Positions 36,440 through 50,527 of a stretch of 64,000 nt of DNA are shown piece by piece (the first letter of the stretch is position 1; each line of letters opens with the position of its first letter). The notes beneath the pieces were generated by a model. It saw only the letters and a list, made by a program, of their open reading frames with translations. It had not been told where the DNA came from and made no database searches. The DNA is from Chrysomallon squamiferum (Eukaryota > Animalia > Mollusca). The stretch covers positions 34,286,001 through 34,350,000 of the forward strand of contig CM022665.1 of assembly GCA_012295275.1 (NCBI GenBank), in the 5' to 3' direction. A program made the translations under genes and the position numbers.

Positions 36440-38425
36440 CTAGTTATCTGTAAGATCAATAACAATAGGTTCCTGATCTGAGACATGTGGATAAACAGGT
36501 CTGTGTTTACCTTTATGTACAGATGATGAGCCAATGTCAATTCTTGCACAAAGTGATACTCTGTCTGGTGTCTTCTCACAGTCTAATATTTCACAATCCA
36601 GATCATCTTCTCCATTGCTGGAAACTGAAATAACTGAGTTCACGTCACCATCATTTGATTTAAATTTCTTCGCATTTGGAAATAAAAATGTGCAGTTGTC
36701 AGAGAGAAATGATGCTTCAAGGGATCGTTTGGCTTTTCCTCTGATTGCTACAGATTCTAATTTCTGTGACTGGTGTGGAGAACACTGTTGTATGTTGTCT
36801 GTTTTATCCATACTTCTCATCAGTCTTGTTGAATCCTGATATGGATAAATAGGACTCAAAATTGGAGGACTACCAAAACTGGAATTGTCAGGTGATGCCA
36901 GAGACATTTTGGATGGTACAGATTTTACTCGTCTCTCGGGTCTCTTTCGTCTTCTTGGTGACATATCTGTATCAACCGGTACAAGCAATGGTGGATTATC
37001 ATTGACATCATTCTCAATAAATGACGGTGCAATAACTGCATCTGCTCCATATGATGCAGCAGGTGGAAATTTTTCAAAGCTACAAGAATCATCATAACAG
37101 TTATCTACTTCCATAAAAAGACTCATTTTGGAGGTCCCTGCACAAGCATCAGCATTAACGCAGTCATGTTTCTCATGTTTTAGTTCCTTTAAAATTTTAA
37201 TTTTACGCCCTCTCCATTTTATGGTCACTGTCTTGTGACTGCCATCTTCCTCAACAGTAGCAATGGAACACAAATTTGAGTCCTTCATTTTCTCATAATC
37301 CTTGCACAATTTTGAACCCTTCATCCCATGCTCTTCAATGCCATCTACTGCCAATCCATCTGTAGATGTCACAGTGCAGTTTCCCTCTTTAAACTTTTCG
37401 CCAGCAATTTTGTCAAAATTTGCACATATTCTTCCTTTTCTAGATTTTTGTTTTGTTGTTTTTACATCACTAGTGGTTAGTTTGGGTTGTTTCTTTTTCA
37501 CATATCTTTTTTTAACACGTTTTTTCTGTAGGTTATCTTTCTCCATACTCTTCTTACTGTGACATTTAGAACGGGATTGTCTCCCTCTGCACTCTTTTTT
37601 TCTGTCTGAAGTGGAATATCTACATTTTTTACTGACAGAATGAGTGTTTGAATGGGAAGTACCCAATTCACTACCATTTCCCGAAGTTGAACAATGACCA
37701 TTATTATAAACTGATTCAGTTTCAACATTTTTCCCTAATTTATCTGCATTCTGGGACTCTGTGTGACTTAATTCTTTATGTACCTTATTAACACGACGTT
37801 TTTTCTTCTTTTTGTCTTTTTTAACTAAAAAAGAAATATAAAGAAACAGTGATATTTTATCTTTAATTATTTAAATTTTAATTCTGCTTATTTACAACAA
37901 CAGGAATAAAATTATATGCTATTTCTATAGCAACCAGTAATAAAAAATTAAAAAATTAACGAAGTATAAGTTGTCATTTACATCAGAAAAATGCAATTTC
38001 AGAAAATACTTACTATTTTCATCTATTTCTTGACATGGCAAACAAACATAGTCTGCTCCTTGTTTTTTCAGCCCTTTGCAGGCCTTGTGACTTCCAACTG
38101 AACCACACAATTCACATACAACAATCTCCCATTTACTGTAACAAAATCATCCATCAGAGATAAAAACAACATATCTCAAAGCATTTAAAACAAAAACTTA
38201 ATCAATAATTTGCTATTACATATATCAATATGGCTTACAAGTATTTTTAACTTAAAATGTGTAGTTATGCCTTTGTTTTAATGCAAATTTTAAGTTGATT
38301 ATTTTCTGGAATTTATTGCAGAACATGCTATTGGCTGCTTTGAATCAGAAAAATATATTAGTTCCTAGTAAAATGATTTCATGGTAGTCATATGTTAAAG
38401 TTTTTTCCTTATATTTTTCACACAC

Positions 38426-38467
<42 letters not shown>

Positions 38468-41050
38468 TTGTTTTTCTAATTATCCATGACTTATAACATT
38501 AAGAGTGGTAACCTTACCTTGCATCAAGATCATATGATCGTCCTTGAGGACATAAGCATGACTCTGCATCACAATGGGTGTATCGTCTATACAGATCTGC
38601 ATAAGCTCCAGGCTCTTTTTCCCAGGATGCATCCCTATAAACATTTGCATTTAAATATTTTATGGTCTTAATGCAATTAAATTCATTTACATTTAAAAGA
38701 GATAATTTCAAACTATTCATTAATTAATTTTGATACTGAAATTATGGATTTATTATGAATTATATTATTAGGTAACACCATATACTGTTCAACACTGAGC
38801 TATTAAGAAAAATGTTTTTAAAATTATTTAAGTATTTAAGAGATGATAAATTAAACACTTACTGGTCAGGAACATAGATTCCATAGTGCATCATTTCAGA
38901 CTGAAATAATTCTTTGTTTTTGCAAAGAGGGCATTTAAAAAAATAAAGACCAGCAGATGATGCATATTTCTGTAATAAGAAAATCATATAACCTTAATTT
39001 GTAATGGTATAATATTAAAAGTATATTAATTCTAAACACTTCACAATTACATATATATTCCACACTGTAAAAAATGTATTTTTTTTTAAAACTAATTTAA
39101 AAATTGTTTTAATAAATCCTTTATTTATTCTGCTTTCTAATACTTAAAAGTAAAATTTACATATTTAAAAATGAAAGATCACGTGTCTAATGTTTCACTC
39201 TTTCAAATAATTGATAACGTACTCACTTTTATGCACTTCCTATGAAACCAAGCATTTTTGCAGCATGGAGCACGGAGTGTAAAATTTGAACTTCTAGCTT
39301 CCACTGAGTACAAACAGATAGAACACAATGTGTTTGCTGTTCCATAAAATGCCAGACGGTCACTCACTTTGCAAGTCTGCTGTGGTCGATGTTCAGGACA
39401 ATACGATCTAAAAATAATGATATTATCGTTTATTATCCACAACATTTCTCATGCATTCAAAAATGGGAACACTAATTCTTGAATAATCAAATAACTAACT
39501 CTTTAAAATGTAATCTAACAAAAAATTTAAATATTTCACATCTTTGAAAAAAAACAATTGATTTGTTTCTAATTTAATTCAAAAGTTTAAACTGGTTATG
39601 TGATCTGAAAAGAAATGAAAAAATGAAAATTAGAAACACATTTAAAATGGGTATACATCGTAGGATATATGTATAATTAGAAAACATCAGTCTGTTGAAG
39701 ATCAGCTGTTATATTATAGATCTTTGAATATTATACATATCTAAAACATATAATGAAACAAAAGCTCTGGGTTTATTTATTATAAACAAAAGAAAAAAGT
39801 AACAAAACCTGAAAGAGTCAAAAAATTGATGAAGTGTTCCTTCTTTTAAACCACAGCATAAATGGAATACCTTTCTGCATGAAGATACAACACACCCTAT
39901 TGTGGCTCCTTTCAGCCTACAATATGAGCACCTCTGAAATGTAATAGATACTGTCTGTTAGTGCTTATCTTTTGCTTCATTGTTTCTATTACTACAGTAA
40001 AATGGGAAGAGATGCATTGATTCACATTTCTTATTTCTACAGTGATTTGGTATTCCATATGATGGCCACTATGACTGTTTTTTTTAAAAAGTAGAAATAC
40101 AGACTAGCAGAACTGGTTGTTAAAAACGATCACAAGTGATTAGATGGCTATTATGATACCTGTGTTAACATACAAGTATTTTAACAGCAGGTCTAATATT
40201 TACTATACTTTCCAGTTTTTGGTTGTGAAAAGCATATTCAAAGTATCAACTAGATAATCTACTTAAGTAATATATAGACTTACTAAACGGCTTCCTCTTT
40301 TTAACTCTTTTCTAATGTCTGACATCAAAAATCCCATAATACCATTGTTATCACTACCTGCCTGGCATAATCCACTTGAAAATAACTGAACAAAAAAAAA
40401 AAAAAAAATTTTTTTAAAATACTATATGATAAATAATGGTTCATATATTTTAGAAAGCATCTGTAATTTGAAATATATGTCATTTTCAGCAAGGAATAAC
40501 ATATACATAAGTCCCATTTAATTCACTTTAACATGTTTAACTTTCACTGTAAAATCAAAGAGAAATCAGATTAGTAATTTTGATCATGAGTACATTATTC
40601 ACTCAAAATCAACCAAAAATTCATAAATATCTAATAAATTATGGTTTTGTAAACAACTGACATTTTGAAGAATATATTAAATATTCACCAAGCAGAAGTA
40701 GTGGACAGAAATGCCATATTTTGTAATCAGTTTTCCGTAGTCTTCTTCACAGTCTTCATCAGATAGACAAAAGACACAATATGGACTTACTGCAATGAAC
40801 AAGTAACACCATAATGCCAATATTTTAATAAAAATGTGGGTATTACATTGTGTATGCATGAATACATGTGTTTATTTTGTGTGTTTCTGTGTGTGTAGTT
40901 GTATGTATTTATGTGCTTTTTGATGTATGGTTGTTTGTTATTTAGTGAATATATTTTCATAATGTACAAGTTGTAGTACTCACAAAGAGATGTGAATTTA
41001 TATGGTCTCTTTTTTTCCTTTTCTTTTTTCTTCTGCATAAGCTTAGGCAT
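36440..41050 (-). CDS. G2E3: G2E3/PHF7/pineapple-eye-like PHD/RING finger protein without HECT domain (768 aa, 9 coding exons)
   Basis: Exons: 41050-40984, 40789-40689, 40385-40284, 39933-39809, 39407-39227, 38969-38863, 38634-38518, 38135-38014, 37824-36440 (2307 nt, phases consistent). Family peptides: [108 protein letters not shown]. Orthology among G2E3, PHF7 and pie is not resolved. Confidence 0.9.
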
Positions 41051-41229
41051 CTAAAACAAAATAATAAATAATAAAATAAATAAAATTTTAAATAGTAATT
41101 TTTAAATTTAAAACATAACAACACTTCATTTCTGAAATAATTTTCAGAGATATAAAATGTGTATTTCAAAGGCAAATTCAAAAGTCAGACAGTTGTCGAC
41201 TTGACAAATACATATCTGAAACTGGTGCT

Positions 41230-42530
41230 TTTGTGAAAGAATATTTGTACCCCTGTGGGAACAAATATTTGTTCCCACCCTTGAACACATGTTCCCCCCA
41301 TGCTTGGAGGAATTAATATCTGGTGAATATTAGTTCCCCATGCTTTATGTTATAGAAATAAGGTGAACTTTGCAGACTTGGATAACAATACATTTTTTAA
41401 AAATAAAAGACCTCAATGTTTTCACACCAGTGTCTTCAGTATTATGATAAATGGAAATAAGAATTAGAAAAATAAAGTCATAAGCAGCAAAAGAAGGGAC
41501 AGTTTATCCAGGCCTGAGTACCTTTCCTCCTTTAAACTACTAATTTTCTTAATGTTAATGATAACTAAATATCAACGCATATTCTGAAGAATAATATTTT
41601 TTATTACATGTATGTATATATGTATGTATGTATGCTGGGCGAGAATATATGTGATAATTAAGAGAAACTTTTTTCAATGATTGCTGGTTGTGTTCATTGC
41701 ACAAGGAAAATTAGTACTGGTATTTACTGCTAAACTCTTATAATTGTGAATATGGTGATAAGCTTAATTCTCTGATAAACCCAACCATCAAAACTTGTCC
41801 AAGGATATTCATTACTTTCAAATTGATACTTTTGTCTCCGAAATGCACCAGAATGTTCTTGGGGGAACATGCCCCTAACCCTCACAGGAGGACTTGGTGT
41901 CTGTGGCTCTCATCTTTCAACATCTGCCACCAGTTGCTGACCTGCTCTTTATGTTACCTTAGCAACCAACCCTGCCTTGCAAAGTGTTCTTTTCTGACTT
42001 TTTTTAGAATCCTCTGTATATTTTCTTTCAGTCAGGAGCTTACTAATCTTCATCATCATAACCATTGGAGTATATCAAAATGAAGAGACTTGTCAATGGG
42101 CTCATTTTGATACTTCATTTCAAACAAGTAAGTCTGGTTCTGACATTCTGACAAAAACATCAGAAGCTGTTTTATTGTTGTACTTTAAGTAAATGACTGG
42201 GGCACAATGTAACATGTCTGAACAAAGTACACATAATTTATGGATGAATGTTCTCACCTTTGTTTAAAAAAAAATGAATATCCCTTTTTTCAGTATGTGG
42301 GAGTAGTGATCAAGGACCCAGACAAATGTACCCCTCAGTTATTTATCCACCTATCTACACTTAAAATAGTTTTTTTTTAAATTTCTATTTGCAGCGGTAT
42401 TTAGTCAGTTTCAACTGACACACACTGTATGCAGTAATTATCACAAACAGGATACAGGATTACACCTGAAAAAAAAATCACACAGGGGTGGGAACAACTA
42501 TTCAGGAAAACAAATATTCTCTGACACTGT
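41230..42530. mobile_element. Unclassified degenerate TIR element in intron 1 of the G2E3-like gene
   Basis: Left AGAATATTTGT..ATATTTGTTCCCACCC with repeated GTTCCCC motifs is mirrored at right by GGGTGGGAACAACTATTC..ACAAATATTCT. Confidence 0.55.
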
Positions 42531-43467
42531 GTCCAAAGCTAGGTTCATACTGGTTGGCAGATACTCAGCACACTGAGTTATAACTGTGTCACAACTCAGT
42601 CCACTTTTTATCTGAATAAAGCAGAAACAATTCACAGAAGATAAATAAAATTCATGTTGAATGAATTGATAATGGATAAAACGTGCACACACTTTCACTA
42701 GCTTTGCTATGTCATTTTTGTGCACCTTACATGCAAAAATTAACTGTCAGCTGCCCAAGACACTCATATCTTTGGTCAGTTTTGCAGCACCAGAAGTAAA
42801 TAAATATTTTCTGTTTTGTGGTAGCAAATATTAAATAAATTATAATGCAAACTGTGTTTGATTTAAATTAAGTAAAGAGTTTACTGACAAAAAAATATAC
42901 GTATGTATGACTTAAGGTTGAGATAACCTGACTATATACAATACTATACATACCCTAATATGGATTCTGTAAATGTAAATTGACTTGTGGTCAACTGGTC
43001 AGACCGGAACACGGTAATTAATCAATAACTGGCTAGTATTTTACTTTCTAATATGAACAAGAGTAACTGAAATATATATTTTGTAATGGTTGCTGAAACT
43101 TACACTTTTATAGTACACGTATTCCACTGCGTTTTATATGGTAGTTGGTAGTTTACCTGCTTGTGTCTCTTTCTAAGTAAGGTATATTTTGTTCACTGAC
43201 TGAATGCTGTTTAACGACAATCGGCACAACAAAAATAATAATCGGCTAGCCCTATTGTCACAAATTGGGAGTCATTCTATTAATATTATATATGGAATTA
43301 TTACAGTTCATCTACATATACTATATTATAATAATTGTTTGCCAAAGATGGATACTTAGTTAAGTCATTCATAATAAAATGCTATTATTTATTTTATAAT
43401 TTATTTAAAAACGACAAAAGGAAACTAGTATATATACGTAATACAACATTATGCAGTAGTTACTTAC

Positions 43468-43900
43468 CTTGCTTTTTTTTTTTTTTTTTATCACGTCGAT
43501 TAATTACTAAATCAGGTTCATTTTAAAGTGACATGTGTCACATACAATAATTTACGTAATTGATAAATCATTAAACAACAAGCTTGGAAGATCAAACAAC
43601 TGTAATATATTGCTGAGTTTGAAAATAATATCCTTTTGATGCCGCAGTCAGCTATAAAGTTTTTGAAGCTCCACAGATTTATCACGTGATACACAAAAAC
43701 TGAATACGTTTCAATACTTGCTCTTCAATACAAATCGCCATAAACTTGTCAAAGATACCTACTGATACTATTTACATTTAAGTAATGTCACTGGTCACTG
43801 TGGTATTTAGTTTAGTTTTGCCGTTAGTAAACTCTTTGTTACTGAAATTGTATATATTCTCCAATATACTATAGTACTGAGTACGTGAGAATTACTATAT
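43468..43900. promoter_or_regulatory. Putative bidirectional promoter and non-coding first exon(s) for G2E3-like and PIGH
   Basis: The two genes are head to head, and both ATG-containing exons begin at splice acceptors (41051 and 45340). Strong minus-strand donor CAAG|GTAAGT at 43468/43467. Palindromic E-box ATCACGTGAT at 43681-43690. Locally more CpG. Confidence 0.5.
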
Positions 43901-45351
43901 CATTGTACATGTACTGGGGATATACATCAGAGTCATCATACAGCCGTTATTGGTGGTATTAAGCAAACCCATCGGACGTTCCAAACCCTTGTTATTTTTT
44001 TTATGATGCTTACGTAATTTTCAATTTTTAAACAATGACCACTGGACTGCATACATTTTTTAAATGACCAATATTTAATTACAAAATACAATGTGAAAAA
44101 TTGTTATCAAACATGCTAAATCTCATTTGTGACATCGATTAGCGCAGACTGCTTGGTGTGAAACTGTTTGAAACGTAATTAATTAAATTGTTCTATAAAA
44201 TGGTTTCTATAATTAAGCCAGATAAATAATTATTAACAAAAAGTATTCATTGAAATACTGAATAAAAGCAGAGACGGGTCTTATTGTTCCTGTGTGCTCC
44301 TGTCTCTAGAAACGAATGAGTAATGTCAAATTTATCAGTAAAAACAGTTTATGCATAAAAACCTATTTTTATTGAAAAATATTTTTAAAAAAAACAACAT
44401 AAAAAAAACCCAACATATGTGATATATAATGAGAAACTATGACCTTAAAAACCAATATATTTTTTTGTTGTTGTTATTGTTATTAAATACATATTACTTT
44501 GTTTTATTTTATTTTTTATTTTATTTTTTTCATTTTTTTTTTATGTATAAAAGTAAATCTTTTTTTCTTTTTTTCATTTATATCTAAAATAAATACCAGC
44601 ATGTAGTGTTTCTGAAGTTAGAATAGCTCTATAAATAACTCACTTGAATCAGGATCAACAACTAACATGCATTTCAATTCAGATAAATAAGCAATATGTT
44701 TCATGCCAAACCTGGTATCTCTGGTAAATCAGATCAATTGCATTTTTTTAATGATAAGCTGTTTTTTAAAAACAAAAACAAAAAACTTTTTTTTTTTTGT
44801 GGTAATAAATATTATTATTATGCTACTGTATACAAAGCCACATACACATACACACATGCAGTTATATGCTTTATAGAAATCATGCTTGCACTATGTTCAT
44901 CTGTTTGTTAAAACTGCAACAATATTATAGTAATGAACCACATTTAATTTTCAAAGTTATATCTGCCACAATAATTTTTAATTAACATTTCTTCAGACAA
45001 AAATAATAAAAATGCAAATATTGTGAAATTTTGAAAACATTTATTATTTACTGAAATAAAACACAAACTTTTCTTGGTTCACTCATTGATCTGTTTACCT
45101 TTCCAGCCAGGATACATGCTGGAATGCCTAATGCTTTAGCAAATAGGATCGTTTTTTGTTTTAAAGAATCTGTCATGTGCTTTTCTGCATTAGTGAAGGT
45201 GTATGTACATAATCTGTTATTACTAAGAGGATTTTATTAAATGGTTTTCATTAATGAATTCATAATTTTAAAGCATTAATGGTCAATATAATAGATTTTC
45301 AAGATTTAATTTGAACACTATATTGTCTTGCTTATTTCAGTGTTAGTGGAA

Positions 45352-47803
45352 ATGCCACATCATGATTTTGTCCACAAAAATTATGGACAGTTGGGTAGTG
45401 AATTTGTAATACATCACAAAACAGTCAGAATTGGAAGACTCATTGTGATGTTTGTCTTGTCAGTGTATTTAGCTTCAGTTGTCAAACTACATCGTAAAGT
45501 AAGTGATTTTAGATTATTTATTAAGATTTTAAAGATGCGTATAAATTAATTTCTGTCATGTCCAAGGCACATATAATATCTGTACAAATGTTAAAAATTT
45601 TGCTTTCACAGCTTCAACAATCTGAACTGCGATATTCCTTTCAAATATTCAGTCTATCACTCTATGGAAACATCTTTCACATTTTTTTTTGGACTTTACT
45701 GTTGATATCATTAATATTAAAATGTGTGCGGATTAATATTTAAGCAGTACCTGGAGTAATGGGTAAACTGTTTATACAGATATATTTTGTATTCTTCTAA
45801 ATCATCAGAAAAAATACACATATTGGGAAGAAGGATAATAATCTTGTTTGCAATAATTGGAATAAACATGTTTATTTTTGATACATGTATATAGCTTCAA
45901 CAAGATCTTTTCAAATAATCTAACAGAAACTAGTTATAATTTTGTTTGTTCAATGCTTTTACAAATTGGGAAACACCATCATAAGTGTGTATATGTCATT
46001 CTATATGGTCATTAATGCTGCCATTTTGACCACCTGTCAGTATGGTTAAGACTGGCAACATTCATTAAAACTTTCTCATTTCTTATTCATGGTTAAAATA
46101 TATTTTTTTAAAAAGCACAATATGATTCAGCACTACATAAAGATATTAAAGCAATGATATATGATTCAAGAGTAATTTTGCTTTATCATGTAAGTCACAT
46201 CAGTTGAGAAGTCTTGTTCTTCATATATCTTTAAATTGTTACATTTTTTTTATTATTTCAGGAAATGAAAGTCTTGTGGTCCATCTCTGGACTTCTGGCT
46301 ATCTTGTTATTGTACAGATTGTACAACAAAGTTATAAGAGGTTTGTTTACTTATAAAGTCACAGGACATGAAAGTATAAAACCTCATTTACTATTTTACT
46401 CTTGAATTAGATGATAATGTGATTCTTTGTATATGGTAGGAACCTGGCCTAAATATTTTCTCAAAACTTGAATCTTAGTAGTTGAATTAGAATAAACTTA
46501 TTTAAAGTTTAGTTTGTAAATATTAGAAAAGTTTCAATATTTTTAATAGAATGTTTTACTATCTAAAAAAAAAAAAAAAATTTCTTTTGCTATCCATAAA
46601 ATATTTTCAAAGTAAAGACAAAAAATGTGAAGCATGTATATTGTTTTACATTTCCATAACATTAGGAAAATTATCTCCTTATATTACATGCATTTTGGAA
46701 TTTTTTTATATATTTCTTTACCCAGAGAGTGTATTAGTCCTGCCATCAATGGGAGTTCAGGTGAAGACAGAGTACCTGTTTGGTCGCTGCGATGCAGAGT
46801 TTATTGATATCTTATTTGTCAAAGATATTATTATTAATGAAGCAATAACTATGGTGAGTACATTAATAGTCATTTTTAAAAACAAACTGTTTCTTAAAAA
46901 CAAAATTTCAGATGTTTAAAAAATCATTAGAATGTATGACTTTATAAATTATTTAAACAGATTTCTTTTACTGTTAACAAAGTACTAGCTTAAGGTTTTT
47001 AATAAAATTAATCAAGAAATAGCAGCATTGGGTTGCCTCTCTAAATTATTATTATTGTGAAAAACATGACATGTAATAATCCTTAATGCTGAGATGCTAT
47101 TCAGTAATACATATCTTTTCTTTGTTTTAATTTCAGTAGTTCTGTAGATTTCAATTGCTTATTTGCTTTATTCCAGCAAAGTGTTATATGTTATTTGGCA
47201 GTCCTGCTCAAAGAAGAGGGTTGTGATAAACTGAAGAAAGTATATCCACTTTTCACAGTAAGCATATACTCATTATATACATGGAATAACTGATTACTGT
47301 CTTAAGATACCAGCTTTATCCTGCAAAGATGAGAACTGCTCAACCTGAACAGGACAAAGCTGATATTCTAAGGTAATAACTAGTTATTTCTTTTATCCTG
47401 CAATCCTAAATAATACAAAAACTAAATGAAATTAACTGTTTATCAGCTTACTTCTCTCAACACTAGCAGATTCACATACACAGCTACTCATACACATACA
47501 TATCGAAAGGGTCTCAAAAAATGTATTCAACATGTTTTAATGACAAAAATTGACAAAGAGGAATATAGAAATTTTACATAACCACAGTAAAAAGGTGCCA
47601 TTAAACAATCTATGACTGGAACATAGAAATTTTATATATATATATTGGAGATTTTTTAAATTTTATTATTTCTTTTTAATGTAATAATTACAATTTTATT
47701 TCTGTATTCTTTTTAGCACTCCTGGCCTAGTCTATCTGTTATAAAGCCAATTTACCAGATAACACAAAAGAAGCTGTTTCCAGAACATTTACAGCCAAGA
47801 TGA
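45352..47803 (+). CDS. PIGH: Phosphatidylinositol N-acetylglucosaminyltransferase subunit H (173 aa, 5 coding exons)
   Basis: Exons 45352-45498, 46262-46340, 46726-46853, 47177-47257, 47717-47803 (522 nt). Two N-terminal hydrophobic segments followed by the PIG-H signature ESVLVLPSMGVQVKTEY..FID..VKDIIINEAITMQSVICYLAVLLK..VYPLF..P.L..IY. Confidence 0.93.
47288..47395. repeat. Short palindromic (foldback/MITE-like) element in PIGH intron 4
   Basis: CTTAAGATACCAGCTTTATCCTG pairs with CAGGACAAAGCTGATATTCTAAG across a loop of about 25 nt. Confidence 0.7.
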
Positions 47804-50527
47804 CAAAAGCTTAAATTTATGTTATTCTTTTTTCTTGTTATAAATATTTACTGGACTTTTTTAATATTTTTATACTTTAAAGGTTGAGATTTGTCAATGA
47901 TGTTTCTGTATAAATATGTTTTATTACCATGAAAAATAATTTATTTTGTTTTATCGCCCTTGAAAATAATGTATCAATTAGGAGATAAATTTCCAATTTT
48001 AATTTCATTTTTCAGATAGGTGATTTGAAGTCAATACTGGAATAGAACATGAGTAATCAGTGAAAAATATTCATTGAGAAAATTGTGTGTATGTAACAGT
48101 CCATTTCCTTTTAAGGAGATTGTTTTTGTAAGTTATTGAAAGAAATACTGATACAGATCTTTACAGATGGATCAGTATATATTTTTAAATATGTTTGTGT
48201 ACCATAATTAATATTGTTTTAGTTAGATTTATAGACAAAATTAATATCGTATGTTCATACAACATGATAAAGTTTCAGTCATTCTTCAAACAGAATTGAA
48301 AAGATATTTGATTAGTGATTAATTATTTTAATTTTATTTTATATCTGTGGGGTTTTCTATTTTTAATTAATATGATGTCAAACATACACCCACCCACACA
48401 CAAACGAACAATATGGAGTTATTTCCCTTTGTTGTATGAATGAAATTTGCCAGTATTTGTACACATATTCAGAAATTATAGTGCTTTATGATTTTATTTA
48501 GATAGACACATGACTGTATACATGCATAAGACTTCATAATGCACAGTTTGGTAGCTTAATGTAAAATAATTAAAATTAAAATTGCAATAATTTATAATTA
48601 TCATAAAAAAATAGAATTTATTTATTTTATTATTATTATTATTATTATTTGTTTTTGGTTTTTTTAAATCTTTAGAAAAGCAGTTTAAGGGTAAAGATTG
48701 TACCAGTGTTTTCCCAGCTACTTAAGTAGAATTAATGGGTTTTTTTTACTTAGATATGCATCCCATCACCCTAACTGATTGTATGAACAAGATAGAATTA
48801 TAATGCATTATTTTTGCATTTTATTTCAAATCTGCAGTATTATATTTTTTGGTTTGTTTTTCATTTATATGTTTGTTTTTATTGCTTGTTAATGCAAAAT
48901 GAATTTAGACAATCACAAAGAATTAAAGTGATCATTATTATTATGTACTTCACTTTATAAGTCTACAGTTTTTGTACTGTTTTATCTGTGTGTTTTAACT
49001 ATGTCAGAGTTGTGGCAATTCTTTCATCAATGCATTACAGAATTTAACTGGTTTTAGCAGTTATATAAAAACACTGAAAAAAAATCAAATCACATTTTAT
49101 TCCTTATTTATTGATTTTTCTGTAGTCACATAATCTCTTAATATACCTTACCTTGATTTGTAAAGTCTTTCTTTACAATAAATTTTAAGCTATTTGTTAA
49201 ATTAATTTCTATTACCAGTTCCACTGCACTGTATGGATATTACATTTATGGATATATTTATTGTTTTAGCTAAAAGTATATTATTTGTTGATCATTGCAG
49301 GTATAATATTAGTTATTTCTTAGTTTTTAATGTCAGAATGTGAAATAGTTAAATTTAATTCTCCTGATTTGAAATATGTAATAAAATAGATAACATAATA
49401 TAAAATACTATAATAACTTCTTTCATCAAATTGTTTTTGTACAAAATCTTATAAAAACAAGACACTAAAATATTTAATTTTTAGAAGGTAAATATACTGG
49501 TGTAAACTACTGGTGCACTTTGTATCATTTTTACTGTAAGATTTTTGCATAACTGTATATAAAACTGCCTTCAATTATTTTTATTTTTATTATTTTATTT
49601 TTTATTACTATGAGTCATACAATGAAAATAAAGTAAACAAATTTTTTAATAAAAAATAAATAAATCACTACTGGTGGTTTTCATTAAAGGCAGTCCAGTC
49701 ACCAGATAATTTGAAAACAGCAAGACTGGCATATACAAAATAATTTTATATTCTGTTTCTGACATTATCAATTAAGATTGTTACTAATTAGATCATTGTA
49801 ATATACTTTCGAGAAGAAAATGAAATTCTCTTTGCACAAGTCTGGTGATACATATATATTTATATATATTGTGTGTTTATCATATATATTTTTTAAGTTT
49901 TCCTTTCTCATTCATGTATGTTCACAGATTTTCTTGATCATCTTTGTGCATCGATATTTTAAATACATATCAGTTTGTTTAATTATATTTGTATTATTAG
50001 TACCATTAATTAAAAAAAATCCCACCATTCTGTATCTTGCATATCTGTATGTCTCTCTCTCTCTATCTATACTGTTTTAATTCTTCTTTCCAGTGATCAG
50101 TAAAACATTTTAATTATTTATTTTTAATTTTTAGACAATTTACTCTTAATTTCACATCGGCTTCTAATATTTAGTATGTACTGTCATCTTTATAAAATAG
50201 AAGCCTTTTTGTTCTGTTTTATTTACTTTTACTTTTACGTTTTAATTTTAATTCTATTTTATCAGATTTTGCATTTTTGCAGTTAATGATTTGAAACCTG
50301 CCTCTATATTTTCACATCAGCATTACTGAATTTTAATGCTAACAATTACTAAAAATAAAAATGAATGTTAAAATTAATAAATAAGTGAATAAATAGTATA
50401 ATAATAATAATAATAATAATAAATTTAAATAAAGCGTATCTAAAGTGAATGTTTAACAGCACAAAAATTTAAATATTGCTATTACATTACAATCCTCTAT
50501 TATTGATAATTTTTATTTTTTATTTTT

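Noticed and set aside
30095-37562. Antisense ORFs over the MULE transposase (30095-31405) and over the G2E3-like last exon (36534-37562)
   Set aside because: Shadow ORFs of real coding sequence with no independent motifs.
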